Assembly (NCBI GenBank): GCA_022574775.1
Contig: JACZRI010000001.1
Span: 31,631-95,630, forward strand
DNA length: 64,000 nucleotides
Reading direction: 5' to 3'
Origin: Patescibacteria group bacterium
Lineage (GTDB): Bacteria; Patescibacteriota; Minisyncoccia; Minisyncoccales; RBG-13-36-15
Under the pieces are notes generated by a model. It saw nothing but the letters and a program-made list of their open reading frames with translations, was not told where the DNA came from and ran no database searches. A program made the translations under genes and the position numbers. Shown here one piece after another: positions 58,002 to 64,000 of the stretch. Position 1 is the first letter of the stretch. Each line of letters starts with the position of its first letter.

Positions 58002-59984
58002 ATGTTAGTTTTACCCATTTTTATTTCTCTTTTTACAATTTTATTTGCTCTTTTTTTGGCGAGAACTGTCCAAAAAGCTCCTTCTGGCTCCGGAAAGCAG
58101 ATTGAAATATCTTTAGCTATCAGAGAAGGGGCGCTTGCTTATCTAAAGCGGCAATATTTTATAATTTTTTTAGTAGCTATTTTTTTATTTTTCATTATTT
58201 GGATAGCAATGAATCTTAGCGCAGCCCTTGGTTTTTTCATCGGAGCTTCTTTTTCCGCCTTAGCTGGTTTTATTGGAATGATGGTTTCCACAAAAGCTAA
58301 TGTGAAGGTAGTTGAAGCTGCAAAGAAAGGATTGCCAGGTGCTTTTCAGCTAGCTTTTCAAGGAGGAGCAGTGACCGGTCTCTTAGTGGTGTCTTTAAGT
58401 TTGTTGGCAGTGGCTGGTATTTATTTTTTCACCCAGGATTTCAAAGCTTTGTTAGCTTTGGGTTTTGGGGGGGGCTTAATTTCTATTTTTGCCAGACTGG
58501 GAGGCGGAATTTATACAAAAGCTGCTGATGTTGGAGCAGATTTGGTAGGAAAGATTGAAAAAGGCATTCCAGAAGATGACCCGAGAAATCCAGCTGTTAT
58601 TGCAGATCAGGTTGGAGATAATGTTGGGGATGTTGCCGGTATGGCTGCAGATTTATTTGAAACTTATGCAATTATCTTGATCGCAGTAATTATTTTGGGG
58701 TCCTTAATCTTTCCGGCAAATCCACAAGCAGTTTTCTTGCCGCTCTTTTTAGCTTCCATTGCTATTTTAGCTTCCATTATTGCTGTTTTCTTCGTGAAAT
58801 TGGGAAAGAAGGGAAATATTATGGGAGCTTTGAGTAAAAGTTTGATTGTCTCTGGCATTCTCTCAGTTGTTGGGTTTTATCCTCTGATGAAAAGTTCAAG
58901 CGTGTATCTTGGCGTTCAAACTATCTCTCTTTATATCCCGGCTTTAATAGGATTGTTAATCGCAGGAGGGATTTTTGTAACCACAAATTATTTTACCTCA
59001 AAAAGTCACAAACCAGTAAAATCTATTGCAGAGTCTTCTAAAGCAGGGCCTGCCACCAACATTATCACGGGATTGGCAGTAGGAATGAAATCCACTGTCC
59101 CTCCTGTTCTCTTTATTTCTTTTGGGATTTTAATTAGTTTTTGGTTTGGAGGAATGTACGGTCTTGCGATAGCTGTTCTTTCTATGATTTCTCTGGCAGG
59201 CATCGTTATTGCTTTGGATGCGTACGGCCCAATTACAGATAATGCTTCTGGCATTGCTGAGATGGCTGATTTGCCGGAAGAAGTTAGGGCAGTTACAGAC
59301 TCTTTGGATGCGGTAGGCAATACCACAAAAGCTGTGACTAAGGCTTATGCCATAGCTTCAGCAGGCTTGGCCGCTCTAGTTCTTTTTACTGTCTACCAGC
59401 AGGAGCTTCAGAGTTTGGGTTCAGATGCTCAATTCCTTTTAGGAAATCATAAGGTTTTAATTGGTCTTTTTCTTGGAGGGTTGCTCCCCTATATTTTCGG
59501 GGCTTTAGCAATGGAGGCAGTTTCAAAAACAGCTTCCAGCGTGGTTAAGGAAGTTAGAAGACAGTTTCGTGAAATTAAAGGTTTAATGGAAGGGACAGCC
59601 AAGCCTGAATACGGAAAATGCGTTGATATTGTTACGAAATCTGCCCTAAAAGAGATGATTTTACCAGCTTTAATTCCAGTTATTTCTCCAATTTTAGTTG
59701 GCTTTTTTCTTGGGGTTGAGGCTTTGGGGGGACTTTTAATAGGGTCAATTATCACTGGCCTTTTTTTGGCAATATCCATGACTTCAGGAGGAGCTGCTTG
59801 GGATAATGCAAAAAAATATATTGAAGAAGGAAATTTGGGAGGAAAGGGCTCTTTCGCCCACAAAGCAGCAGTTATTGGAGACACCGTTGGAGATCCTTGC
59901 AAGGATACAGTAGGTCCAGCCATCAACCCTATGATCCAAGTATTAAATATTGTAGCTTTGCTCATTGTTGGATTTCTTGTTTGA
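58002..59984 (+). CDS. hppA: Membrane-bound proton/sodium-translocating pyrophosphatase
   Basis: [26 protein letters not shown]-like ([13 protein letters not shown]), [11 protein letters not shown]. About 15 TM helices. Confidence 0.9.
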   Translation: MLVLPIFISLFTILFALFLARTVQKAPSGSGKQIEISLAIREGALAYLKRQYFIIFLVAIFLFFIIWIAMNLSAALGFFIGASFSALAGFIGMMVSTKANVKVVEAAKKGLPGAFQLAFQGGAVTGLLVVSLSLLAVAGIYFFTQDFKALLALGFGGGLISIFARLGGGIYTKAADVGADLVGKIEKGIPEDDPRNPAVIADQVGDNVGDVAGMAADLFETYAIILIAVIILGSLIFPANPQAVFLPLFLASIAILASIIAVFFVKLGKKGNIMGALSKSLIVSGILSVVGFYPLMKSSSVYLGVQTISLYIPALIGLLIAGGIFVTTNYFTSKSHKPVKSIAESSKAGPATNIITGLAVGMKSTVPPVLFISFGILISFWFGGMYGLAIAVLSMISLAGIVIALDAYGPITDNASGIAEMADLPEEVRAVTDSLDAVGNTTKAVTKAYAIASAGLAALVLFTVYQQELQSLGSDAQFLLGNHKVLIGLFLGGLLPYIFGALAMEAVSKTASSVVKEVRRQFREIKGLMEGTAKPEYGKCVDIVTKSALKEMILPALIPVISPILVGFFLGVEALGGLLIGSIITGLFLAISMTSGGAAWDNAKKYIEEGNLGGKGSFAHKAAVIGDTVGDPCKDTVGPAINPMIQVLNIVALLIVGFLV

Positions 59985-60063
59985 CGCGATACCAATATAC
60001 GAATTCCATACGAATGACACTAATAGATAGTTTATTATTACGAGCCCCGGACTCGTAGGAATA

Positions 60064-61335
60064 ATGGAAACTAGAATTCAAAAGTTACCAAAATCAGAAA
60101 TAGAAATGGAGGTTGAAATTTCTCCCGAAGAATTCCAGACCTTTATTGAAAAAGCGATTAGTGATTTGAGTAAAAATATAAAAATTGATGGTTTTCGCCA
60201 GGGAAAGGTTCCAAAAGACATTATTGAGAGAGAAATAGGAACAGATGGAATTTTCAAAGAGGCTGGCGATCAAGCAGTAAAGGAAAAATACCTTCAGGCG
60301 ATTGCAGAAAATAAAGTTGAGCCAATTTCCTCCCCGGAAATTAGTATTTTGAAATTAAGCCCTGGCAATCCTTTCATCTTTAAAGCCCGTTTCTCTATTT
60401 TGCCAAAACTTAGCCTCCCAGATTACAAAAAAATCGCCTCTTTAGTTAAAAAAAGAGAAATTCAGGTTGGAGAAGAAGAAATTAAGAAGGCCTTGCTGGA
60501 GCTTCAAAAATCTCGGGCAAAATTGAGCCAGATTGCAGTGCCCGCTAAAAAAGGAAACTTTGTGGAAATTGAATTTAGTTCTCCGCAAATTGAAATAGGA
60601 AAAGCTCATAAAGACGGTTTTTTATTGGGCGATGGTCGTTTGATTCCTGGTTTTGAAGAGAAACTGGAAGGAATGGCGGCAGGCGATGAAAAGAGTTTTT
60701 CATTAAAATTTCCAGCGAAGCATTCTCAGCAAAATTTAACAAACCAAGAAACACATTTTAAAGTCAAGATGGAGTCTGTAAAAAAGATGGAACTTCCGGA
60801 GATCAATGAACAATTCGCTCAATCTTTGGGAAAATTTGAAAGTGTACCGGCCTTAAAGCAGTCAATCTTGGAAGGCATAAAACTTGAGAAAACACACTTG
60901 GAAAAACAAAGAACGAGAGAGGAAATTTTAAGAAAGATAAACAACGAGATTTCTATGGAGATTCCTGAAGTTTTGCTAGACGCTGAAAAAAATCGCCAAT
61001 TAGAAGAGCTCAAAAATTATGTAGACTCTCAACTCAAAATCAGTTTTAAAGAATATTCGCAAAGAATCAACAAATCGGAAAACGAGATTAAAGATTCTTT
61101 CCCGGCTAAAGAAAGAATTCAAAATTTTCTTGTTTTAAAGAAAATCGCGCAGGCAGAGAATATTGAAGTTACAGATGAGGAAATAGAAGCTGAGATAAAT
61201 AAGGTTTTAAAGCAATACCCGAGTAAAGAGGGAGCAAAAAAAGAACTTGACCTTGCAAAATTAAAAAGCTATTATGGAGAGGCAATCAAGAATGAAAAAG
61301 TATTTCAATTATTGGAAAATCTAATCCAAAAATAA
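60064..61335 (+). CDS. tig: Trigger factor
   Basis: N-terminal ribosome-binding motif GFRQGKVP, a central PPIase-like region, and the position directly upstream of clpP. Confidence 0.85.
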   Translation: METRIQKLPKSEIEMEVEISPEEFQTFIEKAISDLSKNIKIDGFRQGKVPKDIIEREIGTDGIFKEAGDQAVKEKYLQAIAENKVEPISSPEISILKLSPGNPFIFKARFSILPKLSLPDYKKIASLVKKREIQVGEEEIKKALLELQKSRAKLSQIAVPAKKGNFVEIEFSSPQIEIGKAHKDGFLLGDGRLIPGFEEKLEGMAAGDEKSFSLKFPAKHSQQNLTNQETHFKVKMESVKKMELPEINEQFAQSLGKFESVPALKQSILEGIKLEKTHLEKQRTREEILRKINNEISMEIPEVLLDAEKNRQLEELKNYVDSQLKISFKEYSQRINKSENEIKDSFPAKERIQNFLVLKKIAQAENIEVTDEEIEAEINKVLKQYPSKEGAKKELDLAKLKSYYGEAIKNEKVFQLLENLIQK

Positions 61336-61336
61336 T

Positions 61337-61921
61337 ATGAATTTAATTCCAACTGTAATTGAAAAAACTCAATATGGGGAACGAGCGTACGACATTTATT
61401 CCCGTCTTTTAAAGGATAGAATAATTTTTCTGGCAAGCCCCATTACAGACTCTGTGGCAAATTCCATAATTGCGCAGATGCTCTTTTTGGCTTCCCAGGA
61501 TTTAAACAAAGACATCCAGCTCTATATCAACACTCCCGGTGGATCTGTGACGGCAGGGCTTGCAATTTACGACACAATGCAATACGTGAAGTCTAATATT
61601 TCAACAGTCTGTATTGGCATGGCAGGTTCCATGGGAGCTACGCTCTTGGCAGCTGGCGAGAAAGGAAAGAGATTTGCCCTTCCCAATTCTGAAATTTTAC
61701 TCCATCAGGTAGCAGGGGGGGTAACCGGAGAGGCGGTGGAAATAGAAATTACCGCCAAACAAATTGTGAAAATAAAAGATAGGTTAAATAAAATTTTGGC
61801 GTTCCATACCGGTCAGTCAGTAGAGAAAGTTGAGAAAGACACCGACAGGGATTTTTATCTGTCTGCCATTGAGGCAAAGGATTATGGAATAATCGATGAA
61901 GTGATAAAACCTAAAGGATGA
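61337..61921 (+). CDS. clpP: ATP-dependent Clp protease proteolytic subunit
   Basis: RIIFLASPI, catalytic context GMAGSMGA (Ser), and LHQ (His). 194 aa. Confidence 0.9.
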   Translation: MNLIPTVIEKTQYGERAYDIYSRLLKDRIIFLASPITDSVANSIIAQMLFLASQDLNKDIQLYINTPGGSVTAGLAIYDTMQYVKSNISTVCIGMAGSMGATLLAAGEKGKRFALPNSEILLHQVAGGVTGEAVEIEITAKQIVKIKDRLNKILAFHTGQSVEKVEKDTDRDFYLSAIEAKDYGIIDEVIKPKG

Positions 61922-61972
61922 TATATCGGAAACAGTTACGAGTCCGTTATGAGATTTGTAAATACATATACA

Positions 61973-61999
61973 CAGCCCCGAATGGTTCGGGGCTGTTTT
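61973..61999 (+). terminator. Rho-independent terminator after clpP
   Basis: cagccccgaa-tgg-ttcggggctg followed by TTTT. Confidence 0.7.
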
Positions 62000-62078
62000 A
62001 ATACTGGATTTCTCGAAGTTCTGCAGAAGGGTTGTTGACAACCCTTTTTGCTGTTAAAATAAAATAATACTTTGAATA

Positions 62079-62408
62079 ATGGCTGAATTCACGGACCCAA
62101 AAATTTCTTTGGAAAAAGGTTGGAAATTAACCCCGCATGTTTTAATTTTGATTATTTTGGGGATTGTTGTTATTTTAGGAATTCTCATTTTGGTTTGGCC
62201 GGAAAAAGAATCTTCTCAATTTCAGCCAGAAGAAAAAACTCCAGAAGAGATATTAAAGGAAAGTTTAACAGTTCCTGAAGAAAACAAGGGAGTTTTAAAA
62301 GAGCTTCCTCCAGAAGTGATTGAAGATTTAACTGTTCCTGAAGAGAATATAGAGACCGTAAAAGAGCTTTCTCCGGAAGTAATCTATGATTTAACTGTTC
62401 CAAAATAA
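62079..62408 (+). CDS. Small membrane-anchored protein with 21-aa tandem repeats
   Basis: 109 aa. TM VLILIILGIVVILGILILVW, then LTVPEEN-x7-KEL-PEVI-DL repeated. Confidence 0.5.
   Translation: MAEFTDPKISLEKGWKLTPHVLILIILGIVVILGILILVWPEKESSQFQPEEKTPEEILKESLTVPEENKGVLKELPPEVIEDLTVPEENIETVKELSPEVIYDLTVPK
62265..62405 (+). repeat. 63-nt tandem repeat (2.2 copies) inside CDS 62079..62408
   Basis: Units start at 62265, 62328 and 62391 (ttaac(a/t)gttcc...). Confidence 0.85.
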
Positions 62409-62492
62409 AATTAATAATAATTAACATCGGCGCTGTGAGAATTTTGTTTTCCAAAACAATAAAATCCTCATCGTAGCCCGAAAAAAAACAAA

Positions 62493-64000
62493 ATGACTCA
62501 ATTTTTTCAAAAAACAAAAGAACTTTTCTTCAAATCTCTTTTGCCAATTTTAGTTAGTCTGTTTTTTGTGGTCGCCGTCATTTACGCAGTTTGGACAGAA
62601 CCAGAGGTCGCTCCCCCCGACGGCAATGTGGATGCACCTCTTAATGTTGGGTCTGTTTCCCAGCAAAAAATAGGACCGTTAATTCTTAACACTGGTGGAG
62701 CAGCCACAGGATTAATTGTTGACCAGGGCAACGTTGGCATTGGCACAACGAATCCAGGGGCAAAACTTGAAATCGCAGGCCAGATTAAAATAACTGGCGG
62801 TACGCCTGGAGCAGGCCAAGTACTTACTACTCTTGATGCAAGTGGGTTAGCTACTTGGGAAATTCCAGCAGGCGGATCAGGTTTTTGGACTGCTAGTGGT
62901 GCAAATATCTACAATTTAAACAGCGGCAACGTCGGCATCGGGACAGCGAGCCCGAGCCAAAAATTGCATGTGTCTGTTTCTTCAGGAAATGTAGCGCAGC
63001 GCTTATCTTCTGGGACTAATAATGCATATTGGGCTGTTGCAGGATCTTCTGGTTCATATTCGAGTATTGCGGTTGCGGGTGATGTGGTGCTGCGATCAGA
63101 TGGGGGGGATTTAATATTGCAAGGAAGAAATGCTGGCGATATATTTTTCACTACAGGTAATCCAGATTCTGTAAAAATGACTATTTTAAACAGCGGCAAC
63201 GTCGGCATCGGGTTATCGGGTCCAAGCCAGCTCCTTCATATTGATGGTATTGTGCAAGCTGCAACATTTTACGCGAGTACTGGTGTGTCAACCTTTGGTA
63301 CATCGATTATTAATCCAGGTGTCGTAAAAGCCACAAGTTTCTGTTTAGATGATGGTGAAACCAACTGCGTCAGCGGCACTTGGCCATCTGGTGGAGCAGG
63401 TCTTTGGACTGCTAGTGGTGCAAATATCTACAATTCAAACAGCGGCAACGTTGGCATCGGAGACACAACCCCTACTTTCAAGCTTGACATTACTGGTAAT
63501 CTTAGAGCAACTACGGACATAAGAGCAGATGATGATTTAATTTTCTTTGGTGAATTAATGCCGGACGGAGTAACTTGTAGCAACGGTCAGATATTAAAGA
63601 GAACTGGGTCTAACAACTGGGATTGTGCAGCTGATGATACAGGTGGATCAGGTCTTTGGACTGCTAGTGGTGCAAATATCTACAATTCAAACAGCGGCAA
63701 TGTCGGCATTGGGGCAACGAGCCCTACAATTGACTTAGCCATAGGAGACAATGACAGCGGGCTTAACTCCACGGGTGATGGGGTGCTCGATCTATGGGCG
63801 AATGGGGGGGCTCGGGTCCAGGTTCGAGATACGCGGGTCACGGTCACCAACGATCTTTATATTGGAAGCCAGCGAGTCTGCCGGGAGGATGGGACCGGAT
63901 GCCCTGCGCGTGTAGTAAGCACATGTACCGCTTCTGTAATGCCGACTGTGTGCACTGCGACATGCCCTGCGGGTTATGAGGTGACCGGTGGAGGCATGAA
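62493..64000 (+). CDS. Tail-fibre-like repeat surface protein, N-terminal membrane anchor; 3' end outside the window
   Basis: Hand translation from ATG 62493 is open to the window end (502 codons), which is why it is absent from the ORF track. N-terminal TM LLPILVSLFFVVAVIYAVW. The motif GLWTASGANIYNSNSGNVGIG recurs three times, plus shorter GNVGIG units. It ends ...CTATCPAGYEVTGGGM. Confidence 0.75.
   Translation, partial: MTQFFQKTKELFFKSLLPILVSLFFVVAVIYAVWTEPEVAPPDGNVDAPLNVGSVSQQKIGPLILNTGGAATGLIVDQGNVGIGTTNPGAKLEIAGQIKITGGTPGAGQVLTTLDASGLATWEIPAGGSGFWTASGANIYNLNSGNVGIGTASPSQKLHVSVSSGNVAQRLSSGTNNAYWAVAGSSGSYSSIAVAGDVVLRSDGGDLILQGRNAGDIFFTTGNPDSVKMTILNSGNVGIGLSGPSQLLHIDGIVQAATFYASTGVSTFGTSIINPGVVKATSFCLDDGETNCVSGTWPSGGAGLWTASGANIYNSNSGNVGIGDTTPTFKLDITGNLRATTDIRADDDLIFFGELMPDGVTCSNGQILKRTGSNNWDCAADDTGGSGLWTASGANIYNSNSGNVGIGATSPTIDLAIGDNDSGLNSTGDGVLDLWANGGARVQVRDTRVTVTNDLYIGSQRVCREDGTGCPARVVSTCTASVMPTVCTATCPAGYEVTGGGM
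62874..63713 (+). repeat. Three dispersed near-identical ~68-nt repeats within the tail-fibre-like gene (62874-62942, 63393-63461, 63645-63713)
   Basis: The core tggactgctagtggtgcaaatatctacaat(t/c)(t/a)aaacagcggcaa(c/t)gt(c/t)ggcat occurs three times. A shorter copy of the 3' half lies at 63186-63212. Confidence 0.9.

Noticed and set aside
1-64000. CRISPR arrays, cas genes, rRNA operons, transposases, integrases, reverse transcriptases, restriction-modification genes.
   Set aside because: I scanned for regularly spaced direct repeats and for the hallmark motifs and found none. The only tandem repeats are intragenic (36-nt, 63-nt and 14-nt units) and the dispersed 68-nt fibre repeats.
1-64000. 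Alternative genetic code, such as UGA recoded as in some candidate phyla.
   Set aside because: Conserved genes end at TGA, TAA and TAG at the expected lengths. Examples are the TGA at 26672-26674 overlapping the next ATG, and the TGA ending the 828-aa ORF. No conserved gene needs read-through. The standard bacterial code fits.
62493-64000. Prophage, based on the tail-fibre-like protein.
   Set aside because: No capsid, terminase, portal, integrase or lysis genes are nearby. The upstream genes are tig-clpP, and the protein has an N-terminal membrane anchor. I interpret it as a cellular surface protein.

Overview
AT-rich, tightly packed bacterial chromosome segment. By inference it comes from a small-genome Candidate Phyla Radiation / Patescibacteria-like organism, because it has a stand-alone 5'-3' exonuclease, lamin-tail-domain and T4SS-pilin-domain surface proteins, a membrane pyrophosphatase, many TTG/GTG starts and very short intergenic gaps. 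Standard genetic code: TAA, TAG and TGA all terminate recognisable genes.

Core content:
- The replication-origin neighbourhood: dnaN and dnaA on the minus strand, diverging from rpmH-rnpA-yidD-yidC-jag.
- Housekeeping genes: uvrB, rpsT, holA, tsaE, ruvB, yebC, ruvC, a class A PBP, rsmA, cca, rpsO, pnp, comM/yifB, yraN, nusA, hppA, tig and clpP.
- Four tRNAs: Arg-UCG, Lys-CUU, Pro-CGG and Ala-CGC.

Accessory content of interest:
1. A ~13 kb minus-strand type IV secretion-like locus at 25.2-38.1 kb. It has a VirB4 ATPase, a PrgI/VirB3-like protein, a VirB6-like polytopic protein, and two large secreted proteins whose N-termini are VirB2/TrbC-like pilin domains, one of them fused to an M23 peptidase. 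No relaxase, coupling protein or VirB11 is visible. The locus is interrupted by a GC-richer three-gene cassette (SPFH protein, charged small protein, zinc-ribbon protein).
2. Three tandem paralogous 6-TM proteins with coiled-coil tails, directly upstream of a histidine kinase and two receiver-only regulators (2.8-8.1 kb).
3. A GC-rich islet at 12.3-14.2 kb with a consensus promoter, an orphan ORF with a heavily structured 3' region, and a collagen-repeat secreted protein.
4. A tail-fibre-like repeat protein running off the 3' end. Its last ~230 nt jump in GC and begin the same C-x-x-G-x-x-V-x-GGG module found in the collagen-like protein.
5. Small GC-rich hairpin or palindrome insertions sitting in frame inside uvrB and tsaE, and one duplicating the rpsT start codon.
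6. A frameshifted csrA, a NYN-domain gene wedged between rpsO and pnp, an intrinsic terminator in the nusA leader, and two candidate small RNAs.

No CRISPR array, rRNA, transposase, integrase or reverse transcriptase was seen. All coordinates of hairpins, motifs and revised starts were worked out by hand from the sequence. No database search or folding computation was possible.
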